DNA from: a bacterium (candidate division B38) B3_B38 | Lineage (GTDB): Bacteria; Acidobacteriota; B3-B38; Guanabaribacteriales; B3-B38 | Direction: 5' to 3' | DNA length: 60,843 nucleotides | NCBI GenBank assembly: GCA_005223145.1 | Contig: NJBL01000003.1 | Span: 1-60,843, forward strand | Shown: positions 38,978 through 49,239 of the stretch, one piece after another | Numbering within the stretch: position 1 is the stretch's first letter | How the letters are laid out: each line of letters starts with the position of its first letter | Program-made: the position numbers and the translations under genes | The notes under the pieces: model-generated | What the model saw: the letters and a program-made list of their open reading frames with translations, nothing else | What the model was told of the DNA's origin: nothing | Databases searched by the model: none

Positions 38978-39382
38978 ATGCGGACTTCAACTGCTAAATT
39001 AATAGTCTTTGTCATCATCCCTGTCATCGTCCTGATAATAATAGGGGGATTTTATCTTCTCAAGATCAAACCCATTCGCTTTACTGCTGTTAACTATGCG
39101 CTTAAATATAGCATGAACAAATTAGTAGAAGAGGGAAATATCACCAGGGAAGCAGCTGCCAGGCTGCAATACGCCCTCAGGGATCTGGTAAACACAGCCG
39201 AGGAAACCAAGCTTACCAAAGAGGAAGAGAGGTTGTTCAGCCAGGAGGTCTTGAAGTTCGTCGAACCGTTAGAAAAGCTTGATAAAAAGGAAAAGCTGAC
39301 CGATGAGGAAGTTCAGCAAATAATTGATGCCATTGGGGAGATGAAGCTTAAAATCATTGAAATCGTGAAGCAAAGGGAGTAA
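38978..39382 (+). CDS. Hypothetical membrane-anchored protein
   Basis: 134 aa with one N-terminal TM and a helical body. Confidence 0.6.
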   Translation: MRTSTAKLIVFVIIPVIVLIIIGGFYLLKIKPIRFTAVNYALKYSMNKLVEEGNITREAAARLQYALRDLVNTAEETKLTKEEERLFSQEVLKFVEPLEKLDKKEKLTDEEVQQIIDAIGEMKLKIIEIVKQRE

Positions 39383-39424
39383 GGATAGCCTTTCGATCCT
39401 CCCACCCTAATATAAGGAGAAAAA

Positions 39425-39919
39425 ATGGGGGAACGATTTTCCAGCCAATTTGCTGCCCCGGTAGTTATTGTAGGGGTAGCTACCGCTCAAAAGAGAAACA
39501 TCATGACTGCCGCCTGGGTCAGCACGATTTCCTTCGACCCACCGATTGTTATGGTCTCTATCTCTCCCCGGCGCTACACTCACGACCTCCTGCTGGAAGC
39601 CAAGGAGTTTACTCTGAGCATCCTCACCGACCAGCAGAGGCAGCTCTCCACCACCGCCGGGGTCTCCAGCGGCAGGAAGAGCGATAAGCTAAAGCTTGAT
39701 ATCTTTAAGACCCAGCAGGGTAAAAAGGTCAAAGCCCCCCTTATCATGGATAGCCGGGCGATGCTGGAATGCAAGCTGATAAAGCACCTCACCATGGGGG
39801 ACCATACTCTTTTTCTGGGGGAGGTCGTCCATTTCACCTGCGACAAGAGCAAGTCCCCTTTGATTCTATTTGACAGGAAATACTACTCCCTGGGAGAGTA
39901 TTTAGCTGATTACCCCTGA
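39425..39919 (+). CDS. Flavin reductase-family protein
   Basis: Motifs NIMTAAW, DPPIVMVSI and GDHTLFLGEV. Confidence 0.88.
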   Translation: MGERFSSQFAAPVVIVGVATAQKRNIMTAAWVSTISFDPPIVMVSISPRRYTHDLLLEAKEFTLSILTDQQRQLSTTAGVSSGRKSDKLKLDIFKTQQGKKVKAPLIMDSRAMLECKLIKHLTMGDHTLFLGEVVHFTCDKSKSPLILFDRKYYSLGEYLADYP

Positions 39920-40028
39920 GCCTCATTCCGTCCTATGGCATGGATTCTTATTATCAGATAGCTCGAAAGTAAATATGCTCTTATAAAATCTCACCCCTAC
40001 CTGCAATAAAATATATCTTTCAAAAAGA

Positions 40029-40408
40029 GTGCTGCGGAAGGAAAACTATCTAAAGGAGGAAGTCGATAGAGCTGCTACAGCGGAAAAGGACTTGTCGACC
40101 GGTTGGGGAAGGGGATTCCCATCACCGTGCTGGACTCTTACACTATTTCCCATCCCCTGTTGGTCACCTGTCTGCAGAAAATTGCCGAAGAGAAGGGGAT
40201 TCCCTATCAAATGGAGGTAATGACCCGGGGAGGGACTGATGCTGGCGGTATGCAGCGCACCAAAACAGGGGTTCCGGTAGCTACTATTTCCGTCCCCCTT
40301 CGTTACGCTCACTCCTCGGTGGGGATGGCTCACCGGAGAGACATTGAGGGCGCCATCCGCTTGCTTAATTCCTTTCTGGAGCAAGCTCATCAGGCGGAGC
40401 TGAAATAA
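40029..40408 (+). pseudogene. C-terminal fragment of an M42-family aminopeptidase
   Basis: GGTDAG and PVATISVPLRYAHS are in frame 40103..40408. A KEEVDRAA segment (EEVG-like) lies in another frame, and the N-terminal two-thirds are absent. Confidence 0.75.
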
Positions 40409-40469
40409 GGGAGAAGCCCTTCTCGCCATCTGCAGAGAAGGATCGCCATCAGAATAGTTGAATTTTTTC

Positions 40470-40498
40470 TTGACAGCTCATTTTTGCAAGTGTAAAGT
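40470..40498 (+). promoter_or_regulatory. Sigma70-type promoter candidate
   Basis: TTGACA-17 nt-TAAAGT. Confidence 0.55.
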
Positions 40499-40564
40499 TA
40501 AATGATGCTAAATAGCGGTGAATATATTTATATGGGTTTAAATTTTCAATAGAGAGATGGGCCT

Positions 40565-41575
40565 ATGAGAAGCGTCAAGTTGCCAGAAGCTCTCAGGCTT
40601 ATTAACCGGGGGACAGTTAATTTTATCATTGGTAAGCCCCTGGCAGTATCTTACGAGGTGACCCATTCCTGCACCGGAGGGTGCAAACACTGCGATAAGG
40701 GAGGGCTCAAAAAGGAGGCTAACCTGATGCAGCCAGAGGATTATCGGCTTTACCAATCGACTTTAAAGCCGATGGTAGTGCAGATGTCCGGCGGGGAGCC
40801 CCTCCTGCGGAAGGACATAATTGAGATCGCTCGCGCCATTAAGAAGCCTAACGGTTTGCCCTACCTCATTCTGGTTACCAATGGGAAGCTTCTCACAGTG
40901 GAGAAATATCAGGCACTGCGGGAGGTGGGGGTGAATCAGTTCTCCATATCGTTAGATTTCTCCAATTCGCTGCACGATGATTTCCGAGGCTCCCCCGGAT
41001 TATATGCCCATTTGGAATCCCTTGTTCCTGAATTAGCCTCCTTGGGGAACAATGACATTGTCCTGAACACCGCCATAACCCGCGATAACCTCCATTATAT
41101 ACTAAATAATTACAGAGAAGCCTGCCAATGGGGTGTTGATATATCCTATAGCGCCTATACCCCTTTGAGAACCGGGAGCATGGAGCATTTCATCTCTTCC
41201 CCAGAAGAGCTGGAGGAGTTGAGGTCTTCTATTGCCCAGCTAATCAGGCTCAAGAAGAATGGTCGCGTATTAAATTACGAGTGGACTCTGTGGGGCACCT
41301 ATCAGTATTTCAAAAATGGCACCGTCCCGGGATGTAAGGCAGGGAGAAGGTTCCTGGTGGTGACCCCTGATGGGCAGATTCAGCCCTGCTCTATGCATAA
41401 AAAAACCTATCCCACTCGCAAGGAGATGCTCCGGGCTTTCCTGCCCACCAATACCTGTGGTGAGTGTTATGTTGCTATCAGAGCCTACCTCAACCAGTCC
41501 TTCTGGAAATTGCTATGGGACAACTTCTCCTCCCTTGTTCTCTCCAGGGGGAAAGATGAAAAGCCTCCCTGTTAA
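40565..41575 (+). CDS. Radical SAM protein with C-terminal twitch/SPASM-like Cys motif
   Basis: CTGGCKHC, SGGEPLL and C-terminal GCKAG...QPCS...CGEC. Confidence 0.9.
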   Translation: MRSVKLPEALRLINRGTVNFIIGKPLAVSYEVTHSCTGGCKHCDKGGLKKEANLMQPEDYRLYQSTLKPMVVQMSGGEPLLRKDIIEIARAIKKPNGLPYLILVTNGKLLTVEKYQALREVGVNQFSISLDFSNSLHDDFRGSPGLYAHLESLVPELASLGNNDIVLNTAITRDNLHYILNNYREACQWGVDISYSAYTPLRTGSMEHFISSPEELEELRSSIAQLIRLKKNGRVLNYEWTLWGTYQYFKNGTVPGCKAGRRFLVVTPDGQIQPCSMHKKTYPTRKEMLRAFLPTNTCGECYVAIRAYLNQSFWKLLWDNFSSLVLSRGKDEKPPC

Positions 41576-41809
41576 AGGGTATGCTTCTATTTATTCCCAC
41601 AATAAGTTCCTCTTTACAGGGAGAAAGGGGAGAGTTATTTATCCATTTTGTCAGTTGCCAGGGGTGATATAAGGCTTTCCATTCCTCCTTGAACCCCTCT
41701 TTGAGTTCTTTTTTTATAACTTGGCGGGTAATTGCCGTATAATAATATATAGCACTATATTAGTAGTAGTATGAAGAGTCAAAAATCAATGTAAAAGGAG
41801 GGTTTTCTC

Positions 41810-42628
41810 ATGAAGTTTTCCTTTGAACCTCTCTATGACTGGTTTCTGACTCATGGGCTGAGGATAGTCTTCATTGGGATTTCCTGGCTAGTTCTGCTTA
41901 AGATTTCAAGAAGGCTGATCAATAGGTTCGAAGAGAAGCTCTGTAAGGGACAGGAGGAGGATAGAAGGAAGAGAATCCAGACCCTGGGAAGAATTCTTAT
42001 GAACACGGCAGCAGTAACTGTAGGGATTGTTTTTGGTCTGATCATCCTTAAGGAGTTCGGTCTGGATATAGGACCGATATTAGCTGGTGCTGGCATTCTC
42101 GGTCTGGCCATAGGGTTCGGTGCTCAGAACTTGGTCAAAAATGTCCTGAGCGGACTGTTTATACTTCTGGAGAACCATTTTCGAGTAGGAGATGTAATTA
42201 AGGCAGGTAAGGTCAGCGGGTTGGTAGAAAGCATCAGCCTACGGGTTACCACCCTGCGAGACATAGAGGGAAAAGTTCATATCATCCCCAATGGGGATAT
42301 AGGGGTGGTCAGCAATATGACCAAGGAGTGGTCCCGAGCTGTGTTAGACATAGGGATTGCCTATAAAGAAGACCCTGATTATGCAATGGAGGTTATCAAA
42401 AAAGTGGGCATGGAGATGATGGGAGATGAAGAGTACAAGAAGTTACTTCTGGAGCCGGTAGAGGTCTTGGGGGTGAATGCTTTCAATGAGTCAGCAGTGG
42501 TTATTAGGGCTATGATCAAGACTCCCCCCCTGAGGCAGCGGCAGGTGGCTCGAGAGTTCAGCCGTCGGCTGAAAAAAGTCTTTGATAGTGAGAATATAGT
42601 ATTGAGACACTTTTCTCCGGTAGAATAA
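41810..42628 (+). CDS. Mechanosensitive channel MscS family
   Basis: GAGILGLAIGFGAQ, FRVGDVI and HIIPNG. Confidence 0.92.
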   Translation: MKFSFEPLYDWFLTHGLRIVFIGISWLVLLKISRRLINRFEEKLCKGQEEDRRKRIQTLGRILMNTAAVTVGIVFGLIILKEFGLDIGPILAGAGILGLAIGFGAQNLVKNVLSGLFILLENHFRVGDVIKAGKVSGLVESISLRVTTLRDIEGKVHIIPNGDIGVVSNMTKEWSRAVLDIGIAYKEDPDYAMEVIKKVGMEMMGDEEYKKLLLEPVEVLGVNAFNESAVVIRAMIKTPPLRQRQVAREFSRRLKKVFDSENIVLRHFSPVE

Positions 42629-42694
42629 TTTACATGAGAGGGGCTGCTAATTGAGGGAAGTTAGCAGCGCACACCTATGGGAGGTATATGGAAC

Positions 42695-43582
42695 CTAACC
42701 CTTTTTGGCATTCGGAGGAGGGGGGAGCTCGGAGAGCCTCTTTTTCATATCATCGAATTTAGGTGAGCCTTGGAAAACTCTCCCTTTATGGTCAAACTTG
42801 CTTAGCTCCTGTCTCGTGCTCTCTATCCTCTCATCGGTATTGGGATGGGAGAGGAAGAACTGCTCGAAGCGGCTCGGATTGCGTTTATGCAACTTTTTAA
42901 ATTTATCGAACAGGGTTACCATTCCCTGGGGATTATACCCTGCCCGATAAATCTCGTTTATAGCCAGCCAGTCGGCTTCCCGTTCATCGTCCCGGGAATA
43001 TTTCATCATTCCCAGAAAAAACCCCAGAGAGCCGGCAACCTGGGTGATGGCTCCCCATTTCTCGCTTTTCCGGCCAATGGCTTCGCTTGCACCAATCAGT
43101 ATGCCGGCTAAGACCAGCTGTTTGGAGAGCTGTTTGGTGCCATGACGGGCTACAACATGCCCTATTTCATGTGCCATGACCCCTGCCAGCTCACTTTGGT
43201 CATGCACCAGGTCCAGCAGACCCCGGTTGATGTAAATGTAGCCTCCGGGCAGGGCAAAAGCGTTGACTGTTTTGGTATCCACTACCTTAAAATGGTAAGG
43301 GATATCTGGTCGCTTGGAATGGCGAGCTATATTCTGCCCCATTTCATCAACATAACGGGTTATGAATTGGTCTTTAAGAATGGGATTCTCCTTTTCTATT
43401 TCCTCGGAGAAGCCCTCTCCCAGTTGGATATCTTCCTCCATGCTGAAGAGGTTAAACCCGCCTCCGACCTCCGCCTCTTCATAGGGTTTGGTGTAAGGCT
43501 TTCTACCTGCGCAAGAGAAGGAGATAAGAAATGGAAGCAGAATTAACAGACAGACATATTTTTTTAGCTTCTGAGTATACAT
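42695..43582 (-). CDS. M48-family metalloprotease lipoprotein
   Basis: Lipobox SFSC, NAFALPGG, HEIGH, SRDDEREAD and SHP. Confidence 0.9.
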   Translation of the reverse strand: MYTQKLKKYVCLLILLPFLISFSCAGRKPYTKPYEEAEVGGGFNLFSMEEDIQLGEGFSEEIEKENPILKDQFITRYVDEMGQNIARHSKRPDIPYHFKVVDTKTVNAFALPGGYIYINRGLLDLVHDQSELAGVMAHEIGHVVARHGTKQLSKQLVLAGILIGASEAIGRKSEKWGAITQVAGSLGFFLGMMKYSRDDEREADWLAINEIYRAGYNPQGMVTLFDKFKKLHKRNPSRFEQFFLSHPNTDERIESTRQELSKFDHKGRVFQGSPKFDDMKKRLSELPPPPNAKKG

Positions 43583-43859
43583 AGCATCTCACCTCTTCTT
43601 AAAGGGGCAAAGCCTCTTTATAAGATAGATTTTGCCACTTAGACAACAAAATTATAGCAAAAAGTGGGCACAATCTCAATTTAAATCCACTTTCCTTGTT
43701 TGGAGAGTAAAAAATCCTCACTCTATGATAAATTTTCTCTTGACTATTATTTTCAAGTAATGTATTTTATTAGTAATTAGAGGAGATAAAACCCATTAAT
43801 AAGGGGGAAAGTGAGTTTTTTATTAACTATTAGAGAAAATGAGGAGGTGATGTAGTTAG

Positions 43860-44723
43860 ATGAGGAAGAATTATTTTACCTTTATGCTCTTTTCCGTCAT
43901 AACCGTGGGGTTAATTGCTTTTTCAGGATGTTGCCGCAAGCCCCCTGAGGAGGTAGCAGATGCCGAGGCGGCTTTAGCCAGTGTGAAAGAGAAATGTGCT
44001 GAGGACTATGTGCCCGAAGATTTCCAGAAAGCCCAGGATAAGATGAAGGAGTCTCATGACTGGTTCGACAAGAAAAAGTGCAAGGAGTCCAAAACCGCCG
44101 CTTTAGAGGTGATTGCCCTGTCTGACGAGATTGAGAAGAAAGCCGAAGAGACTCAGCAAGAGGCTAAGGTAAAAGCTGGAGAGTCTATCGAGAAAGCGAA
44201 ATCGTCTATTGCAGAAGCCGAAAGGGCGAAAGCAGCAGAGTATGCCTCCGCTCTTCTCTCCGAGTCGAAGAATCTGTTAGCAAAGGCAGAGGAGACGATG
44301 AAAGATGAGTGCGCCTACCTGAGAGTTCCCCAGCTAGCGGATAGTGCGGCAGCTAAAGCCGGACAGGCCAAACTGGCTGCGGAGGAAGAGATAAGGCGCA
44401 TTGAGGAGAGAAAGCGAGCAGAAGAGGAAGCCCGGAGAAAAGCCGAAGAGGAGGCTCTTAGGGCAAAACCGAGGAACTGGGTGGTTCAGAAAGGCGAATG
44501 CCTGTGGAAGATAGCCGAGTACGAAAAGATATACGAAGACCCCTTCCAATGGCCCCTCATCTACAATGCTAACAAAGACCAGATAAAAGATCCCGACCTT
44601 ATCTTTCCCGATCAGAACTTCGCCATTCCCAGAGATGTTCCTGAGGAAGAAGTGAAAGCCGCCATTAAATTCGCTAAAAACAGACCCTGGCCAGTTCCAA
44701 ACTACCTCTTTGATGGAAAGTAA
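43860..44723 (+). CDS. LysM-domain lipoprotein with coiled-coil
   Basis: Lipobox FSGC, an Ala/Glu/Lys-rich helical region and LysM VQKGECLWKIA...DPDLIFPDQ. Confidence 0.88.
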   Translation: MRKNYFTFMLFSVITVGLIAFSGCCRKPPEEVADAEAALASVKEKCAEDYVPEDFQKAQDKMKESHDWFDKKKCKESKTAALEVIALSDEIEKKAEETQQEAKVKAGESIEKAKSSIAEAERAKAAEYASALLSESKNLLAKAEETMKDECAYLRVPQLADSAAAKAGQAKLAAEEEIRRIEERKRAEEEARRKAEEEALRAKPRNWVVQKGECLWKIAEYEKIYEDPFQWPLIYNANKDQIKDPDLIFPDQNFAIPRDVPEEEVKAAIKFAKNRPWPVPNYLFDGK

Positions 44724-44743
44724 GCAACTTTTCAACTAAGGTG

Positions 44744-44792
44744 AACTCTTGCCCCCTGTTTGTTTGAAAGCGGGGGGCAAGAGTTATTTTTT
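44744..44792 (+). terminator. Intrinsic terminator
   Basis: AACTCTTGCCCCC / GGGGGCAAGAGTT stem followed by a T run. Confidence 0.85.
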
Positions 44793-44809
44793 ATTTGTTA
44801 GGGTTAAGA

Positions 44810-45769
44810 ATGAAGAGCATTTGCCTGCCAGATGAAGGGATTGAATCGCTTTACGGGATTCATGACGAGAACCTTAAGCTACTTGAAGGGGACTTGAGGG
44901 TTCACATCTCAGCCCGGGGAAATCGCCTTACAGTTGATGGAGATGAGCAAGGGGTCCGCATAGCGGAGAAGATTTTGAAGGAGTTCTCCCAGCTTATAGC
45001 AGAGGGATACACCATCAGAAACGGCGATTTCAAAGTGGCTATCAGGCTTTTAAGGGATAATATGAAGGTATCCCTCGGGGAGTTCTTCTTAAAGACGAGG
45101 ATTTACCCCTCCGACAAGAAGCAAGTCATCCCCAAGAGTTTAAACCAAAAGAGATACATTGAGGCGATTAAAGAGCACGATATTGTCTTTAGCATAGGGC
45201 CGGCAGGCACGGGGAAAACCTACCTGGCAGTGGCTATGGCAGTGGCGGCTCTTCATAATAAGACGGTGAGTCGAATCATCCTTACACGTCCGGCGCTGGA
45301 AGCCGGGGAGAAGCTTGGCTTTCTGCCCGGAGATATTGCCCAGAAAGTGGACCCCTTCATAAAACCCCTCTACGATGCCCTCCACGAGCTGATAACTCCA
45401 GATAAGGTGCACCGGCTTCTGGAGAGAGGGTGGATTGAGATTGCCCCCATTGGATTTATGAGAGGGCGGACCATAAGCGATGCTTTCATCATCATCGATG
45501 AGGCGCAAAATACCACTACGGAACAGATGAAAATGTTGCTGACCCGAATAGGTCTGAACTCCAAGGCGGTCATAACCGGGGATATAACACAGATAGACCT
45601 CCCTCCAGGCAAGAAGTCAGGACTAAAGGAGGCGATAAAAATATTAGACGAGATCAAGGGGATATCCTTTATCTACTTCGACCGGGGCGATGTCGTCCGT
45701 CATAGATTGGTTCAGGATATTATCCAGGCTTATGAAAACTACTCCCAGCAAGAGGAACCCAAGAGTTAA
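44810..45769 (+). CDS. phoH: PhoH-family ATPase
   Basis: Motifs GPAGTGKT, GEKLGFLPG, RGRT, DEAQN and GDITQIDL. The start is ATG 44810 or TTG 44795. Confidence 0.93.
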   Translation: MKSICLPDEGIESLYGIHDENLKLLEGDLRVHISARGNRLTVDGDEQGVRIAEKILKEFSQLIAEGYTIRNGDFKVAIRLLRDNMKVSLGEFFLKTRIYPSDKKQVIPKSLNQKRYIEAIKEHDIVFSIGPAGTGKTYLAVAMAVAALHNKTVSRIILTRPALEAGEKLGFLPGDIAQKVDPFIKPLYDALHELITPDKVHRLLERGWIEIAPIGFMRGRTISDAFIIIDEAQNTTTEQMKMLLTRIGLNSKAVITGDITQIDLPPGKKSGLKEAIKILDEIKGISFIYFDRGDVVRHRLVQDIIQAYENYSQQEEPKS

Positions 45770-45794
45770 CCTTTTTTAAATAAAAGAGAAATAA

Positions 45795-46823
45795 ATGTCT
45801 AGAATATTCTCAATGAGGATTAAAAGCATTTTTGTTTTGCTTAACTTATTATTTTTCTGTCTAATTCTCGTAAATGTGGTTTTTCCTCAAGAAAAGTCCG
45901 CTTCATTTAGAATTATTTCCTTTATGCCTGATTTTTATCATTTCTGGCAAGAAGCAAAAGATGAGCCATTGGAGAGGAAGGTGGCTTTATGGGATAGGCT
46001 TTTTGAATCCCGGCATTCGGAATTCTATCAACAAGTTATTTATGAGGGACTGAGTGGAGAACAATTAAGTCAATTTAAGGCTCGGAAATTAAAGGACTTT
46101 TTAGGTTCTCTGAAAGAAGATGATGTTGAAAGAATGAAAATTAAAGAAGAAGAGTTGAAAAGACTAATACCTCAGGGATTAGAGGATCTTAAAAAATTGT
46201 TTCCTGAAGGAAAGATAGTCCTCAATTATTACATAATACCTTCTTTAAATACTTCAAGCGGGGCTGGCAGACCGTATAAGGGGGAGTTAATACTTTACTT
46301 TGGCTTGGAAATAATGAGCCAGATTAGCAATCCAGATTTCATTAAACCAATTATTGTGCACGAAACATTTCATGCTTTGCATTTTAAAAATATTATTGCT
46401 ATTATCATGGAAAAATATGGAGAAAATGTCAATATTTTTGCTTTTATACAGCGTGAAGGTCCGCTGTTTATAGCTTTTTTTGAAGGGTTGACTGTCTATG
46501 CTACGGAGAAGGTTTACCCTGGGATTCCTCGACCTGGTATTATGGAGGATTATGTTGACCAATACCAGGAAAATTTTATCCTTTATACTAAAGAATTTCT
46601 CAAAGACTTAAAAGGTTTTGATTATCAGAAGTACAAAAAATATTTCATTGACCCATCAGATGACCCTTTGATTCCAGCTAAGTTTGGTTATTGGTTGGGA
46701 TATAAAGTGATAGAATCCTTAAGCAAGGATTTATCTGTTCAGCAAATGATGGAATGGGCCCCTGAAAAAGCAAACCAGATGGTAGGGAAAGAAATTAATC
46801 ACATTCTTAATACCAAGGAATAA
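45795..46823 (+). CDS. Exported HExxH protein (DUF2268-like putative Zn peptidase)
   Basis: Signal peptide, VHETFH, FEGL and C-terminal GYWLGY. It is AT-rich. Confidence 0.65.
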   Translation: MSRIFSMRIKSIFVLLNLLFFCLILVNVVFPQEKSASFRIISFMPDFYHFWQEAKDEPLERKVALWDRLFESRHSEFYQQVIYEGLSGEQLSQFKARKLKDFLGSLKEDDVERMKIKEEELKRLIPQGLEDLKKLFPEGKIVLNYYIIPSLNTSSGAGRPYKGELILYFGLEIMSQISNPDFIKPIIVHETFHALHFKNIIAIIMEKYGENVNIFAFIQREGPLFIAFFEGLTVYATEKVYPGIPRPGIMEDYVDQYQENFILYTKEFLKDLKGFDYQKYKKYFIDPSDDPLIPAKFGYWLGYKVIESLSKDLSVQQMMEWAPEKANQMVGKEINHILNTKE

Positions 46824-46824
46824 G

Positions 46825-49239
46825 GTGAAAGAGAGGAAATTTAACAATTACAGCGGTCCCGGGAAGAAACCTCCGGGCAAGCGTCGTCCCTTCAGGAGGA
46901 GGGAGTGGCATAAGGGTTTATTCCTCCAGAGGTTTCTCGATATTTTATTCAAGACACCGTATTTTATTAGCCTTGTCTTCTTGGTCATAATGACCTTAAT
47001 ACTGCTCCCCCGGCAGAGCCTACCCGTCCGGAAGTACAGTATCAACCAGATTGCCACTTCGGATATCAAAGCCCCTTATAATTTCAATGTAGAAGATAAG
47101 GAAGCCACTGCCGAAAAGAGAAGGAAGGCTGAGGAGAAAGTTCTCCCGGTGTTTGATTACGATAGCAGGGCGTTGCCGGAAGTGGAGAATAAGATCAATA
47201 TGGTATTTAAAACGGGCAGGGAGAGGCTGGAGGAGATTTCCAAGGCAAAGCCATCCCCAGCCACCAGAAAAGGGGAAGGCCCGGCTGTGGTTCCACCGAG
47301 CCTCGGTGATGCTCTCCGCCAGAGCATAGCTTTTCCCATATCGGAAGAGGTGCTGGAGCTATTTGGTCAGAAGAAATTTGATGAGAAGCTGGAGGAGTAT
47401 CTTCTCACTACTGTAAAAACCATTATGAGCCAGGACATCGTCAGCAATCTTCTCCTTTTAGCTCCTTACAGGGAAAAGGGAATTATAAGAAGGGATGTCT
47501 CCAGTTTCCAGGAGGTTGAGGTCAAGAGATTAGAGCAGATAATCGACCTGATGCAGGTCAGAGACCAATTGGAGAGACAGTTGAGAGAAGAGCCCACCCT
47601 CTCCAGCCGGCAGCGTCCACTGCTATTATCCTTTCTGCAGCCGCTGATTACTCCCAATCTGATTTTTAATCGGGTGGAGACTGACAATAGGATGGAGATA
47701 GCCCGCCGAGATGTGGAGCCGGTCTTTTATCAGGTTACCAAGGGTGAGATTATCGTCCGCGAGGGGGACCGTATCAATGAGCTCGTCCAGTTGAAATTGA
47801 ATACTCTGGCAAAAGGTATGAAACCGGGTAGAAGCCTCTTTACCATTATAGGGGTGACCCTCTTCGTTCTTATACTCCTTTTCTCTATGTGGAGATACAT
47901 CGAATATTACCAGAGGCGACACACTAAGCTCAAGAACCTTTATTTAATGGTAGGGGTGATTTTAGTGACTACCCTGTTGGTAGCCAAATTCTCCATCTAC
48001 TTCGCCAACTCCCTGGGCGACTACTTTGGTCGTCCCCCCTTCAATAATGTCAGCTCTTATCTCTATGCCATACCCTTTGCCGCCGGGGCAATGCTGGTCG
48101 TCTTGCTGGTCGATGCCCAAATAGCGGTAGTCTTCTCCCTCATTTTCGGCATTTTCGTCGGTATTATGACTAAGGGGGACTTCTTTCTCACCTTTTATTC
48201 CATCGCTGGTAGCTTGACTGCCATCTACGGTATTTTCCAGTACAAGGAGCGCTCCTCCATATTCAAGTCGGGTTTGATCATCAGTTTGGTAAATATAGTG
48301 GCTATATTGACCATCGCCTCCTTCAGGGACCAGTTACAAGACCTACAGCGGACCTCATTTGATCTCTTCTGTGGATTCGCCGGGGGAGTGGCAGTAGCTG
48401 TGGTAGCCTCGGCTCTTCTGCCGCCGCTGGAATCTTTCTTCCATATAACCACCGATGTTAGGCTGTTGGAGTTATCCAATTTAGACCGACCCCTGTTGAG
48501 GGAGTTAGCCATCCGGGCTCCAGGGACTTATCATCATAGTATTATAGTGGGGAATCTTGCCGTAGAGGCAGCCAAAGCTATTCATGCTAACTCCCTTTTT
48601 GTGAGGGTAGCTACCATTTACCATGATATCGGAAAGATGAACAAGCCGGAATATTATATCGAAAATCAGGCTGGCTTCGAAAACCGGCACGATAAACTCA
48701 CTCCCCATATGAGCGCCCTGGTGATCATAAGCCATGTGAAGGAGGGGGTTGAGATGGCGGAAACACATCACCTACCCCCCTCCATTATTGATATAATCCC
48801 CCAGCATCACGGCACAAGGTTGATAAGCTACTTTTACGAGAAAGCAAAGCAGATGGAGGATCCCAAAATTCAGGAAGTGGACGGAAAAGATTTCCGCTAT
48901 CCTGGTGCTAAGCCTCAAACTAAAGAGGCTGCTATTATAATGATAGCCGATGCCGTGGAGGCAGCTTCCCGCACTTTAGCCGACCCCTCCCCTGCTCATC
49001 TTAAAGGATTGGTGAAGAGGGTTATTAACGACATATTTATTGATGGTCAGCTGGATGAGTGCGACCTGACTTTCAGAAACCTCCAGAAGATCTCCCTTAG
49101 TTTTATCCAATTTTTGCCCAATATATATCACGAGCGGGTTGGTTATCCGGGATATGAATTTGAGGCCAAGCAGAAGAAGGTTGGCAATGGAAGTATTGGT
49201 AAAAAGCAATCTCCAAAAGCCGCGCATCGCCCCGAATAA
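46825..49239 (+). CDS. 7TM-HD phosphohydrolase (PgpH-like)
   Basis: An extracellular domain and 7 TMs precede APGTYHHS, YHDIGK, HHGT and ADAVEA. Confidence 0.9.
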   Translation: MKERKFNNYSGPGKKPPGKRRPFRRREWHKGLFLQRFLDILFKTPYFISLVFLVIMTLILLPRQSLPVRKYSINQIATSDIKAPYNFNVEDKEATAEKRRKAEEKVLPVFDYDSRALPEVENKINMVFKTGRERLEEISKAKPSPATRKGEGPAVVPPSLGDALRQSIAFPISEEVLELFGQKKFDEKLEEYLLTTVKTIMSQDIVSNLLLLAPYREKGIIRRDVSSFQEVEVKRLEQIIDLMQVRDQLERQLREEPTLSSRQRPLLLSFLQPLITPNLIFNRVETDNRMEIARRDVEPVFYQVTKGEIIVREGDRINELVQLKLNTLAKGMKPGRSLFTIIGVTLFVLILLFSMWRYIEYYQRRHTKLKNLYLMVGVILVTTLLVAKFSIYFANSLGDYFGRPPFNNVSSYLYAIPFAAGAMLVVLLVDAQIAVVFSLIFGIFVGIMTKGDFFLTFYSIAGSLTAIYGIFQYKERSSIFKSGLIISLVNIVAILTIASFRDQLQDLQRTSFDLFCGFAGGVAVAVVASALLPPLESFFHITTDVRLLELSNLDRPLLRELAIRAPGTYHHSIIVGNLAVEAAKAIHANSLFVRVATIYHDIGKMNKPEYYIENQAGFENRHDKLTPHMSALVIISHVKEGVEMAETHHLPPSIIDIIPQHHGTRLISYFYEKAKQMEDPKIQEVDGKDFRYPGAKPQTKEAAIIMIADAVEAASRTLADPSPAHLKGLVKRVINDIFIDGQLDECDLTFRNLQKISLSFIQFLPNIYHERVGYPGYEFEAKQKKVGNGSIGKKQSPKAAHRPE

